From Calcarisporiella thermophila CBS 279.70 (lineage: Eukaryota; Fungi; Calcarisporiellomycota), in assembly GCF_041956535.1 (NCBI RefSeq), contig NW_027192209.1:384092-448091 (forward strand): a stretch of 64,000 bases of DNA, in the 5' to 3' direction. Every line of letters begins with the position of its first letter. Positions within the stretch are counted from its first letter, which is position 1. Below, in pieces: positions 1 through 13,721 of the stretch. Below the pieces are notes generated by a model. It did no database searches and was not told the DNA's origin. It saw only the letters and a program-made list of their open reading frames with translations. The translations under genes and the position numbers were made by a program.

Positions 1-1734
1 GGTTATCATCGTGGGCAAACCGGCCGCCTTACTGAGATTACTGATAATCTCGCGACCTTCAACACGCGCGTAAAAGTCCTCGTCAATCAGCAAAGGTTCA
101 ATTACGACCAAGATTTTGTGCACCCATGGACGAACCAGGTCGTCGAGCTTATAGAGAATGCGATCAATAACTTTGACCTAGCGTAAAAAAGAATATTTAA
201 GAGATGAATACAATAAATGGGATTATTGGGGATGCAAATGATTCCAATCTTACCAATAGATGGCGCTCTTGATCTTCAAGCGTAGGCGACATGAGAAGAG
301 GCAAAATCTGGTTAAAAAGCGGCCCAGGACCAAACTCGCGAGCCTTCTCGGTGATCTGGCGTAAAGCCGTCTTTCGCATCGGTGGAGTTCCGTTTTTAAT
401 TTTAAGCAAGAGCCGCATGATCTTTCTTTCCTTCACTTCCTCCGCCTTCATCAATGATTCATCTTTGTCCTCCAAAAGCTTTCCGAAATATTGCATATCC
501 TCCTGCTTAAAGTATGGTAGCTCGCCGACGCCAGGTATTTCCTGGGGAAGATCAGCCACTATAACTGGCTGACCATCCTCCTGCATGTAGAAGCCATCAT
601 TAACAGGAGTTGGAGTCGCAGCAAGTTTGCGCGAGGGAGTATGAATGGGCTGATAACCAGGAGGAGGCTCAAGAATTTTATACCCTTCTGTAGGAAACAT
701 GGCGTCCAACTCTTCATCGGAGAGCGGCCTATTACGGGCATCAAGCTCACGTTCCCAGCGTGCAGCTTGCATGGCCTCTGGGGTCATGGGAATTTGAAGG
801 TGACTAGGAGTAGGCGTGATCATACCAAGATTACCCACAGGTGTAGCAGTGATGGTGTCCGCCCCAACTGGAGTTTCATCCCATCTCGACCGTTTTCCAG
901 CCTGTGATTGTTTTGGCGTTGCATCCCAGCTTGCCGCACCCGGAACTGCAGCGGTGGGAGTCTCGTCCCATCTATTGCGCTTTCGTGGTGTTGCACTCGC
1001 ATCTGGTCCTCTTGGGGTTTCATCCCAGCGACTCCGAGGTATAGCACCGACCTCCACATCTGGCTTATCCCACTCGGACACTTGTTTTTCAGGTTCTGAT
1101 GCCGCAACTGGGGTAGCCATATCCCATCTTCGTTTTTTGGTGGCAGGAGGCTGTGTGCTATCCGAGTCTTTACGCTTTTGCTCCTCTTCCTTTTGTTTTG
1201 CAGCAATCTTCTGTATTACCTGTTGATGTTGACGCTGTAGTTCCGCTTCTTTCATAATTTCTGCATACGATCTAGCCTCCTTATCGTCGCTTTCAGCAAA
1301 TGGATCCGCCCGAGCAGGGGTAATTATGCGATTATATCTTCTCGAACGATATTCATCTTCCCGATCAGAGATGCGATAAGAACTAAAACGGCTTTCTGGC
1401 TCTTCTTCATCTACTGCGGCCAGCTCTTCGTAAACCATTTTGGGTGCGGTGTAAGATGCCAGACCTTGAGCCTTCGCTGCATAGGCGCGATCTCTAGCCA
1501 ATTCTTCTTCATTTTCATCCTCTTTGTTGACTGGGATTGAAGTGTTGTATCCCTCGTATCTATTTGTAGTGTAAATGTCGGTATCATAAGAAATTTTTGT
1601 TGTACTATGTTGGCCTTGTCTGCTAGCCTTTTCGGCCTCGATCTGTTTCTCAATGTCTAGCATAAGAAAAAAGAAGCACATGAGCACTTGCTGAAAATTA
1701 GTAGCAAAAAAATCATTAGCTTACCGTCCGTCAT
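1..1734 (-). CDS. SF3B1: U2 snRNP splicing factor 3B subunit 1 (SF3B1/Hsh155/Prp10), 5' part; runs off the left edge
   Basis: RWD/WDETP repeats, '[15 protein letters not shown]', '[27 protein letters not shown]', '[14 protein letters not shown]' | '[25 protein letters not shown]'. Short first exon ATGACGGACG|gtaag at 1734-1725. Confidence 0.96.
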
Positions 1735-2391
1735 ATTGCCCTTTGATCTTGATATACTAAATGATTTAGGGCGTGATCAAAGGAAAAAATATATCTCAAG
1801 CAAAATGTTTAAATGTTTCGTCATCACAGTGGCTCATTTTATGCCTGGTATGAAATCAGCGAAAGGACATTTTGTTTCAATGCCAAATTATGCATATAGG
1901 AATTACAGTGTTATGTAGATAACTCATTGTATGATTTCCAGTAAAAATAGCTAGCTCTTAAGCTTTCATATGAAAGGAGGCCCAAGGCTCACCATGATAA
2001 CGCTCATATACGTATATTTTGGCCTAGTAAGTTATATATCTAATATCCTTACTGTATTTATTTTCGTGGTTCTAATGCGTTATTTTTTATATAGAGAACT
2101 ACTATCAAGCTGTCTTTTATTGCTTGAGCGGATTTGGAACTCTCAATGTCTTGCTCCCCGGAGCATTTATTAAGCATATAATACTTTGGAAAATACCATG
2201 ATACAAGAAGCTGCAGATCTTTAAGGTATCTAGGATGGATAAACAAGCGGAGTTGGTTAGCCTGTAATAAGACTCCCCTTAGATTAAATTACTCTAACCG
2301 CCACCCATATTACTGGACAGTGATTAATGACCGGTGCAAAGAAAAAGGTAAAAGCACTTCCTCGGCCACTTCATCATTATATCTTATTACA

Positions 2392-3973
2392 ATGCGCTCT
2401 AACATTAGTCTCTTCATTCTATTGTTTAAACTAAGTATTCTTGCCAATGCATACTTGATCCCCTCTCCAAGAACGGGGGCAAGAGTCATTCGGAGCAACT
2501 CTGCGTAAATATTGTCTTCTCATTAACAGTTCCAAGATTTTCTTGGATAGTAATCAATAGTCACTTCTCTATTGTAAAGATTATACTTTTTTGGAGGCAA
2601 ATTACGAACTTCGCGATTAGGTTCTCCTCCTCCTGTATACACTAGTGAACTTCTCAAGCTCGACCTTAGCGCTACATTTAATGTTGACAATCCGCCATGG
2701 ACACGACTTCCCGTTAATGGTCAAATAACGCCTCAATCTACTGCTTGGTCTGCTTTCTTTCCTTTTGATACTAACGCACAGTCGCTAGCCACGCTTGGAG
2801 GAACAAACTCCTCTGAAAACCAGGCAAACTCTTATTACGTGTACAATCTTACAACTCAACAGTGGATGGTCCCTACTCAAACTCCTCCAGTATCAAGAGA
2901 GGGTTCAGCAGTTGTTATTAATCATAAGCAAAATATTGCATATATATTTGGTGGAAATGCTCTAGCACCCATAAGCGACGTTTTGGATGAAGTGTATAAA
3001 TTTGATATCAAATCAGGGTTGTTGACTCGAATCGAAAATTCACAGCTTGGAAAGCGGGCGTATCATTCAGGTAGAATGTTTAAACTTAATTGAAAAACAC
3101 AATTCAACCTAGATACATTTTGGTTTTATACCTCTCTTTTAGCTACTATGTTAAGCAACGGAAACATTGTGATATTTGGCGGAAGGCTTTCACTGCCGTT
3201 TTCACAGAGCTATTTTGATACCGCCCTTGTCTATACTCCCTTGAATAATTCTTGGTTCAATGTTTCTCTTAACGGCGCCGAATTTCCTGGCTGGAGACAT
3301 GACCACACAGCTACTGCAACCTCGGATGATCGAATAGTAATGGTGGGTGGATTTAATTCCTCGGGATTTGGTAGAGTTTTTGATGAACATTGGGAATTAA
3401 ATACGGCGAGTTGGACATGGAAACGGATATACCCAAAAAGCTCGACTTATCGAAATACTGCGATTTCAGGGCAAAGCGCAATCATGATTGGACCGCTTCT
3501 TTTCATCGTCATGGGTACAATATATTCGATGCATGCAGTATACATTTCCGCCATCTAATATTTCTCTCCTTGCGATAGGTGTTGTATTTTTTGATAGCCT
3601 TATTATGAGCCATCAAGTGCGCATTTTAAATACATCTTCCTACGAATTTCTTGATCAATACGTTCCGCAGCAAGAATGGTTTCAACAAGATATGGGCGAG
3701 ATCAATTCGTCCTTCCCCGCGGGTGCGGTCGCGGGAGGAGTGATAGGTGGGGTGGCTGCGATAGCCGGAATTGGAGCTGCATTGTGGTTTATGCGACGGC
3801 GGCAAGCGACAACAAAGACAACAAAGAATGAATTGCTAGAAGAAGAGCATATGGACGACGATGGGAACCTGAAAAACCTTCAAAAACCCGACTCGTTACA
3901 TTCGGATTCTGCTATGAATGAATATAACAAACCTAATATCCACTCAATAACTTTTCAAAAACCCCATGAATAA
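2392..3973 (+). CDS. Secreted, single-pass membrane Kelch-repeat (galactose-oxidase-like propeller) protein
   Basis: Signal peptide MRSNISLFILLFKLSILANA; Kelch motifs LYFFGG, AYIFGG, IVIFGG, IVMVGG; TM segment 'AGAVAGGVIGGVAAIAGIGAALWFM-RRR'; 3 GT-AG introns. Confidence 0.8.
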
Positions 3974-4215
3974 CCATTTGATAGAAGCTGAAGCAGGCTA
4001 TCAGTACACAATACCTCTCCTATGTTTTTAAAGGTTTTGTTATTTTTCCAGCAATTTTTTTTTCCCTATATTGTGTTCAATCCTTTCTTTTACTTAACCT
4101 TAAAAATCTTAATCAAACCTTGTCCGAACTTTGTGCATGTTCCTAAATCTATTTTCATAATCCTATTCGATTTTTTTATTTTTTTTCCCTTTATTCTATC
4201 ATTAAAATATCGAAA

Positions 4216-5594
4216 ATGAAATTTATTGATATAGCAGCAAACTTGACCGACCCGATCTTTCGAGGAATATATCGAGGGAAAAAAGCACACCCTGGTATAT
4301 TATACGAATTTTCTTGCCGCTATCAAATTGACTCTAATTCCTGGAGAATAAATAGATGATTTCCTGCTCGTCCTCAAACGAGCAGCAGCTGCTGGGGTCG
4401 AAAAAATAATGGTCACTGCTGGATCAGTAAAAGAGAGCCAAGAGGCACTCGAACTGGCGTGTCAACACGGTTGAATATTCTTCTTGCATGATGAAAGAAA
4501 TGCAGTTTTATTTACGAAGTATTCTTTAGAAAGTCTTTTCTCAACGGTTGGATGCCATCCTACTCGTTGCTCAGAGTTTGAGCAGGATCCAGAAGGACCC
4601 GATGGTTATTACCAGAAGATGTTACAGATTGCCACATCTGAAAAAGCGAAAGGAAGACTCGTGGCCATTGGCGAGTGCGGATTAGGTATGCTCAAGAGAA
4701 ATTCTGGCTCTTGCCACAATCCAACATTTTGATAAATTTTCTTGCTTAGATTATGACAGAACGGAATTCTGCCCCAAAGAGATTCAATTAAAGTGAGGCA
4801 ATCTTGAAAAGATATTTGTACACTATTTACATATCATTCCAATAGGTATTTTCCACGACATTTTGCCCTTGCTGAAGCAACTGGTCTCCCAATGTTCTTC
4901 CACTGCCGTAACACGGGGAACGATTTTTATTATATCTTTTTTAAAACAAGAGAGAAACTGCTTTCTCATTATCTATATAGTATATGAAATTTTCCTTTAA
5001 CTCTACTGCTCTTTTTTCACCCATTGTCAAGCAATACCGCCATAAATTCAAGACTGGCTGTGTACATTCCTTTACAGGGACGGAGGAAGAAATGTTAAAA
5101 TTAATTGAGCTGGATTTATATATTGGCATCAATGGCTGCTCGCTTAAGACTCCAGAGAATTTCGAAGTGATGAAGAAGATTCCCGCGGATCGTATTTTAC
5201 TCGAAACAGGTATGTCTGTGTACTCTTAAACGGTAACAATACGGTTATAATATTATGAAACTATTTAGATGCCCCATGGTGTGATATAAGACCAACACAT
5301 GCATCCCACATCTTCCTTGCTGCTGTTCCAAAGGACTTGCAGGCTTTGTACGCGCCTGCGAGCAAGAAAAAAGAGAAGTTTGAGGAGGGATTGATGGTGA
5401 ATGGGCGTAATGAGCCGTGTTCTATTGGGTACTATTTCTAGTTAAACTTCTCATTATTAACTTCTATTAAACGAGATTGTTTGACTTTATTTAGACATGT
5501 TTTATATGCCGTTGCTGGTGCTCGAGGGGTAGACCCGGAAAAATTTGCCGCGCAAGTGTACGAAAACACGTGCCGTATCTATTTTCCAAACTAA
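4216..5594 (+). CDS. TatD-family deoxyribonuclease (TATDN1-like)
   Basis: MKFIDIAANLTDPIFRGIYRG, STVGCHPT, VAIGECGLDYDR, HCRN, VHSFTG, IGINGCSLKT, LLETDAPWC, GRNEP. Confidence 0.93.
4932..5020 (+). other. U12-type (minor spliceosome) AT-AC intron in the TatD gene
   Basis: 5' end ATATCTTT, branch site TTTCCTTTAAC (4991-5001), 3' end ...CAC. Removal restores HCRNTGNDFYSIVKQYRHKFKTGCVHSFTG; no GT-AG alternative was found that keeps the frame. Confidence 0.85.
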
Positions 5595-5776
5595 TTTATC
5601 TGATATATCCTAATAATAATAAAACTGAGGCAAAATAGCTTTGGAAAATTTGGCAAAATAATCGTGGTTCATTCCAAAAGCACACCAGGATAGATTAAGA
5701 AAAAGCCTTTATATTTGTAGATATAAAATTCTATTCAAAGCTGACCTCCCAGTGTATATAGGTAGAGGGGAGATTT

Positions 5777-7358
5777 TTAAAAGTTGATGGCTTTTCGAAT
5801 CCCCTCATAACACCGGATCATATCTGGTACATAAAATTTCTCAAAGGCCAAAGAGAAAGGTGTATCCCACCCACAAACACGTTGAATCGGTGACTCCAGT
5901 CTCAAGAAGCAACGTTCTGTAATTGCTGCAGCAATCTCTGCGGCAAATCCACCAGTTTTAGGGGCCTCGTGTGCAATCAACAGTCGACCTGTCTTATTTA
6001 CTGATTTAGCTACAGTTTCCACGTCCCATGGGAGAATCGACCGCAAATCAATTAGCTCGCAAGACAATCCCGGAATTCGTTTCTCAGCAAGCTGAATGGC
6101 ATTTTCTAGTATATATATTTGAGAGCCCCACCCTACGACAGTGATATCTTTGCCCTGCTTCAAAACTTCTGCTTTGCCAAGTGGGAGCTCATAGTCGCCT
6201 ACTGGGACTTGTTCCACTATGATATTTATCAGCAAAAACTTCGATTAATTGGTTTTCAGAATCTTAAAATAGTTTGATAATTCGATTTTACCTGCTGCAC
6301 GATAAAGGATTTTTGGTTCGAAAAATATTACGGGATTGCGATCTCGGATGGAGGCTAAAAGCAATCCCTTTGCTTGGATAGGGCTTCTAGGTATGACAAT
6401 CTGAGAAAATTTTGTATGTAATATAAGAACGAGACCAGAATAAATTCTTGAAAATAATTGCATGAATCTTACTTTCAAGCCAGGCGTATGTGCAAAATAG
6501 CTTTCGGGACTCTGAGAATGATAAAGCGCACCGTGTCCTACAGCCATACTTGGTGCTCTGACAGTGAGACCGCCAACGTTAAAGAGACCACCGGAGCGAT
6601 ATCTATATTTGGCGGCTTCATTTACAAGCTATCAATGCATATGATAAGAATAAAAAATTTGAAATTTGCGCAAAAGTATAGAAGTAAAACACTAACTTGG
6701 TCGAATGCAGGGAAAATATAGTCAGCAAACTGAATCTCTGCTATGGCGGTATGGCCCATCGCGGCCATTCCGATTCCGAACCCGGCAATTCCTTGTTCGG
6801 TTAATGGCGTGTTAAAAACTCGGTCACGTCCGTACATCTCTGCAAGGGCAAGCGTACAACGAAACACGCCTCCAAATGCAACATCCTCACCAAATATAAC
6901 TAGGTTTTATAGAGTAAGGCTACTTTTACTTCAAAGTCAACTACAGTATTAAATTACCTGAGGATTCATCCGTTGCGAGCGTAATCGACATGGCATCATT
7001 GATAGCCTGGCACATGTTCATTTTTTTTGTCTCGCCTTGAAGATGAAGAATTGAAAATTGTGTAAATAAAATGGAAAGCTGAAAATAAAGAGTAATCACA
7101 CACCATTAGCTACGCCTGTCTTAGCCAATTCCGGATTCTTTAATGCTTCCTCTTGAGTGTTTTTAATAAATTTAGAGTGAGAGACACCGGGCATGAATCC
7201 TTCAGCCGGAACGGGATTTCCTGCATTCCTTACAGGTGTTGTATGGAACCAAGACTGTGAAAGGTGTTGGTTAGAGGCGAATAAAATGTGAAGAAAGATA
7301 TACATACTCTTTTAACTGATAGTCGCAGTAAATTCTTGGGGATGCGAGATGTGGCCAT
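5777..7358 (-). CDS. BCKDHB: Branched-chain 2-oxoacid dehydrogenase E1 beta subunit, mitochondrial
   Basis: [74 protein letters not shown]; basic N-terminal presequence. Confidence 0.95.
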
Positions 7359-8043
7359 AGTTAATTTTCGAGCACGGATGAAGGAAAAAAAACTCCTTTC
7401 AAATACTCTGGTCAATTATACTCAATTGCTGTTGGGCCGTGGGAATTTTTTCTAGAGTTTTGTGGGGTCAAATAAATGGTGAATATCAAAACCGAATAAG
7501 CTAAATAATATTCTACCTATTTCATTCTCTTATTTATAACATAAAATTAAACACCACTACAAATATCAGTAGCGCTCTAGCATTGAAAAGATCTATGTGA
7601 TGCCATATTTCTATCGCCTTGAAGCTTGCTAGTTAAATGAAGGCTGTCCAAAAAGCGGTAAACATCCGGATACACTTGAATTACGCCACCTTATCTGGAT
7701 ATTAGACGCTAAACTAGCACAATAGTTATTAAATCAAATATCCAACTCTTCAATTGCTATTACATATTATAAGTTAATGATATGCTCCTTATATCAACAT
7801 CGATATTAGACTCTTAAGTCATGTGCCAAATTGGCGATATTTTCTCCTCTATTACAAAACTCACCTAGTATAAAAACTGTTTAGGAGTTCGTGGTAATTG
7901 TTCAGGTCACTTAACTCATTCTCGTGGCTTATAGAATTTTTGTCACACTTAAGTTTCTTGTAACGGAAGTATTAGTAAACGTCATTTATTAGATTATATT
8001 AGATTAAACTATACTTTACTTTTCATTGCTTTGATTTCTGATC

Positions 8044-9153
8044 ATGTCAGGAGAGGGTGCAACATTTGTACAAATAAATAGCGGCGAAAATCCACAACAG
8101 AACAGAGCCAACATAAATGATTTTACAGCTCGGCGCAATTGGTGGCGAGTGTTGGATGAAGTAAAGGATCTACTACACGTAGTATCTGATAATGGAAAGA
8201 TTATGTTCTGCTCTACGTCTTCACTTGAACTTGTTGGATTCTCCCCTGAAGAGCTGGTTGGTCGTAATCTACGTGATTTTGTACATGTTGATGATGTAGA
8301 TTCGTGCACACGGGGTTTTAACTTAGCTGCCGAGCAACGATGCATTACTCGCCTTTACTACCGCTTTCGTAAACGCGATGATAAGTTCGCCTTGTTTGAA
8401 GTAACAGTGCGGCCGTATTTTGACCCAGATTCCAATAATCTTCGATGCTATTTCAACATGGGCCGCCTTTATCCTACAGAAGCTTGTCACACCATTGACT
8501 CACTATTGGAACTCAAGCTAGAGAACGAAAAACTACGTAAGCAGTTAAATGACCTTATTTCAACTCGTAAAAAATCAGATGCTTCTACTGCATCCGTTTT
8601 ACAACAAGAAAGTCTTGCAAATACTACGCTAGATATCACTGGAGAAGGTGATGCCGGATTTGATGTAGATTCTGATTTCTTGCAAATGCTTACGGGTTTG
8701 AGGTATCGGAGTGGAGAGAGATCCTTGGGAATTTCGCGAGGCCTTCCAGACTCTTCACTACTGGACTCATACCTGTCTGATCTTCCGGAGACTTCTGTTG
8801 GCTTGATAGGGCAGGATATAGCTCAAACCGATGAGTTTCTCGCAAATATTACTAAATCCACTCCAATATCGAGCAATACGTTACAGTCTGAGACAGCATT
8901 GGAGGGCACCAGAGCCAGGAAAAAGAAAAAACAACGTGGAGATACTGAAGAGGAACACATCTGCACCGAATGCGGCACCACAGATTCTCCAGAATGGCGA
9001 AAAGGGCCAAGTGGTCCTAAAACGTAAGATTAAATATTTCTTTAAATATCGAGCTAAATTGACATTTGCCCTTCTTCCCAAAGTTTGTGCAATGCATGCG
9101 GATTGAGATGGGCAAAGAAACAAAAATCTCGCGGTCAGGAAAATCTTCAATAA
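8044..9153 (+). CDS. White collar-2-like transcription factor (single PAS domain, coiled coil, GATA zinc finger)
   Basis: 'FTARRNW' followed by a PAS domain; 'IDSLLELKLENEKL'; C-x2-C 'CTECGTTDSPEWRKGPSGPKT' | intron | 'LCNACGLRWAK'. Confidence 0.88.
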
Positions 9154-9438
9154 AATGCTCCTGTGAACATTGAATTTGCGTTCATTTTCACCATATGCTC
9201 GATTTTTTTTTTTTTTGTAATTTTGCTTGTGATGAAATAGCATATTGTACCTTTCTTTCGCATGTTTATTCCATTGAATAATTTAATAACTAGGAATTCG
9301 AAATTTACAGTCAATAATTGCGAAGAAAAAAAAAACGGTGAAGAGGAGGAGTAACGAAATTGATAAATCATATTTTGAATTTCTCAGTGGCAATAACTTT
9401 GCATTAATTTTGCTTACGAGGCATATAGTAAGCTATAC

Positions 9439-10062
9439 TTATTCAATGATCAAATCTTTAACTGGCCAATCCTCATAAGTTCCATCAGGTAGAAATCTTC
9501 GAATGACGAGGGGAATCTTCTTTTCACGGAGCTCCTTCATCGCAATCTCTAAAGCGTCTGTTTCACCGTCAAGCTCCACCATAACAGGAGCATTCATGCT
9601 ATTGCGAGTCAAAATATCAAAATTCATTATGATGTATTATATATAAGCACAAATATAAATACCTAATTTGTAATGAACGAGTACCAAGTATTCTCGCCTT
9701 TTCGTATTTTGTCATATATGGCGATGTCACACGCTCTTTTGCTGACTTTTTATCTGTCACATCGTCTTGATTCATTATCTCACTGTCACGATAGCCCGAT
9801 CCAACTTTTAAAGATGCATCCTCATTATATTCTTCTTGCCCATCATACTAAAGAAATAATTAGAAATTTATCAGAATTGTGGATATGAATTTTAGATTTA
9901 GTCGAATACAAACCAACTCCTCATCGTTATTTAACCTAAAAAATCATATCGCAGTGAAGATAATCAACAAGCGTTCACGTATATATGGAGATATATAAAA
10001 AATGCTTACTCTTCTTCTCCTCCATAAAATTCCTCTTCTTCATTTCTATCGTAATCCGACAT
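9439..10062 (-). CDS. RPB6: RNA polymerase I/II/III shared subunit RPABC2
   Basis: Acidic N-terminus; '[21 protein letters not shown]', 'MNAPVMVEL', '[27 protein letters not shown]'. Confidence 0.95.
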
Positions 10063-10241
10063 CTTGTTAAAATGGACTGTGTTTATATAAAGGTCATCTT
10101 TATTGAAACTTTTATTTATTAAGTCCTGAGTGGCGCAAGAATTCATATGTGGCTTATTAACTTCTACGTCAGCTCACTATGGTCTTATTCAGCTGATGAG
10201 CATTATCTTCTAGTGAATGTGAATGCACGTTTTTATACACC

Positions 10242-13200
10242 ATGGCAAACCTCCCAGAATTATTGAAAAAGCGTAAGGGTGGCCTGAATATGAATACCAT
10301 AAATACCGTGAATTTTTAGTTTCATCCTCTTTTTAGGATTTTTGGATAATATCCGTGCAGTTCAACCTCCAAGTCGGTATAAAGTATTAGTTGCTGACCC
10401 ACCAGCACTTAAAATTCTTTCGGCATCATGTCAGATGTACGATATACTGGAAGAGCAAGTAACATGTAAATAGAGTTTGATGTATTTAAACTTGAATATT
10501 TGGGAGCTTACATTTGAATTTCTTCACTTAAAATAGTGGTAGAAAATATCACAAAACAGCGGCAACCCTACCCAAGCTTAGAAGCAATCTATCTCCTAAC
10601 CCCAGTTCCTGCATCTTTTAAAAGACTGATAGAAGATTTTTCTCGGCCACAAGGCCCGATGTATGCAGCAGCTCATCTTATATTTACCTCTGGTATTTAG
10701 CAGTTATTTATTGGTTATTGCAGTACATTAGTTGAATTATATTTTTAGGCTTGAGTGACAAGTTATTCGAAGACTTAAACACAAGACTTAAATCCTCAGG
10801 AGTCGGGCGATATATCAAAGGTCTCAAGGAAATTTATGTAGATTTTATTGGTAAATGTGATATACAATTTCGTTTTTAGCAATCTTTGATTTACCAAATC
10901 TTCTTTATAGGCCTGGAATCCAAAGTGTTTTCGTTGGAAACTCCCTATAGTTTTTTTGGCTTATTCTCGCCTTCTGAGGTATCAAGGCTAGAAAGCGATA
11001 TTTCGAGGATTTCTAAACAAGTATTAGCGATTTTTTCCTTCGATTACACACAACACTCTTAACGAATATGCATTTATATAGCTATTATCTGTATGCGTGA
11101 CCTTAGGCGAGAATCCAGTAATAAGATATCATCGACCGCTAGATGCTGAAGGCAAAGTTAGTCGAACACTTCCCTACAAAATTGCGCTCAATCTACAGCA
11201 AGAACTGGATGGATTTTGCAAAGTTAATCCTAATTTTCCGGTATGCATTGTGTGAGTTTTGCTAAGGGTTCTTGAGGGAGAATAATCACTTTCAATTTTA
11301 TTCTACTTACTTTTCCTCAATTTGGCTTGGAATTAGCCGAAGAAGGACCCCGCACAACCCCGAGCGACTCTGATCGTTCTTGATCGCACAATTGATCTCG
11401 CTGCGCCGATACTACATGAATTCACTTATCAGGCTATGGCAAACGATCTATTACCAATTGAGAACGGAAAATATACGTAAGACTGTATTTTGCAAACAGG
11501 ATTACAATTTAGCTAAGCCTTTTTCTTTTCAATAGCTATGCTTATTCGAATGCAGAAGGCGATTCGTCTACAAAAGAATTCACGCTTGAGGAGGCTGATG
11601 ATATTTACAATCAAATTCGACACATGCATATTGCTGAATGCACAGATTATTTAGTTGAAAAATTTAATAAATTTCTTAGTAGTAATAAAGCGATACAAAA
11701 AAGGTAACATATACAACAGTGAATATTTCAGGCGTTGATTTCTTATGTTTGAATGACAGTGAGAGTGGGCAGGCAGCTAGCCTCAGGGACATGAAAGAAA
11801 TGCTAACCGCTTTACCTCAGTTTCAAGAAGACAAAGCAAAGGTAATTTAATTTTTTTAAAAGACTTTATCGACATACGTTGATATTTTTTTTATATTTAT
11901 TCTCTTCCTATAGTATTCTGCTCATATTACCATTGCACAGAACTGTATGAATGCTTTCGAGAACAGTAAATTAAATCAAACTGGTTTACTTGAACAGGTG
12001 ATCTTTTGTTTTGCCTTTGAATACAAATCAAAAAATGAGATTAAATATCCAAAATTTACCTATAGAACTTGGCAACTGGTGAAACGGTTGACGGAGAGCC
12101 ACCAAAGACTGTGATGGCGGAGATGGTGCCCCTACTAGACGATGAGGCTGTTGGGTAAAATAATCTTAATTAATTCTCTGTTTCTTTTCATTAACTTTTT
12201 TTATTAGTCAATTGGACAGAGTCCGACTTTTAATGCTATATATCGTATTTAAGGAAAATGGTGTGTCAGACGACGATATGCGCAAGTTGCTGGAACACTC
12301 GCGTATATCTCCAGACTACCGGGAAGCCATAAATAATCTCTCTTTGCTCGGCGTTACTGTTTCCAAAGTACATTAAATTACCTAATTTTATGAGTATTTT
12401 GATTTAATCTATTTCCTTTAATAGTCTGAACGAATAAATAAGACAAAGAAAAAAAGAGAACGGAGAAAGGCTCAACAGCAAGAAGACACGCCCTATGAGC
12501 TATCGAGATATATACCCATGGTTAAGCGAATAGCCGAGGTTAGTCTTATCGGGAATACATATCGGGTCAATCTACTAACGCTATAAACAATGTTTTTATT
12601 TTATTTAGAATGAAGCAACAGGAAATCTTGATACAAGCCTCTATCCTTTTGTAGTTGAACAGCAGGAGGATGAGACTATATCAGAAGGACTTTCAAATCA
12701 ACCAGTTACCTCATTAAGAACGTGAGAAATTACTCTGTCCCGACTTTGTAATTGATACTAACACAAAACCTTCACATCATCGCTAGCACTAAACCTGGGT
12801 GGCATAAAAAATCTGAGGTAGGCGGGATAATTCTTACGATTCTAATAGAGAGTTTAATAGGACATCCGTACTTTGTTAGGAAAACCGTTTATCTGGACGA
12901 ATTATTGTATTTATAGCGGGAGGCCTTACTTTTTCTGAGATAAGAACTGCATATGAAATTTTTCGTCAATACGATCGCGAAGTGATCATAGGTATATTTT
13001 ACCCATCCCAAACAGAATAATAACTTGTGCACGTAGTAAAACAACTAAAACCTATTATAGGATCAACACATACCATTACCCCTAAGGAATTTGTTAAGGA
13101 TATGCGATATCTTAGAACTGGGCCTCCTAGAGCATCTCCCTCATCTGCCCCTTCTACAGGACTGCCACAATCTATTCAGAATAAATCTCTGCCCGTTGGC

Positions 13201-13440
13201 ATTGGATCTAGATCAGGGCAAGGTGTACCGCTTCCAGGTGCTGCCCCTGCTAATTCAGTCCCAGCACCGGCCTCTATCTCATCCGGAAAATACGCTGCTG
13301 CACCACCTCAGAATACCGGTCGTCCTCCCAATGCATATAGTAGAACTGGACCTTCTCCTCCTGACCAATCTACATACCAGGTAAATTTGGAGAAGGAGAA
13401 AGAAAAAAAGTTAGGGTTTTTTGGGCGATCAAAGAAATAG
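10242..13440 (+). CDS. SEC1: Sec1/Munc18 (SM) exocytic protein; many short exons
   Basis: LEAIYLLTP, LGENPVIRY, LIVLDRTIDLAAPILHEFTYQAMANDL, IRHMHIA, EQNLATG, PYELSRY, IIVFIAGGLTFSE; basic C-terminus KKLGFFGRSKK. Confidence 0.9.
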
Positions 13441-13721
13441 TTGAAGCTGATATAGACTGGCTAGTTACTAGCTGTGTGAAAGATTCATAATTAAGGCATC
13501 TCGCAATACAAATTTTAATGATATTGATTTAAGGAATAAAATTTAGTATTTTTCAAGGAAAAGAAATCTGAAACTGTATCTTTGAAGAATACAATAGAGT
13601 AAAAACTCCAAAGTGAGGGGAAAATACCATACATATCTACAAAATTTTATATATATAGTTTCATTTTTTTAAAAAATAAATTTTTTAAAGTTTTTAATTA
13701 TTCAAGTTAAAAAATAAATAA

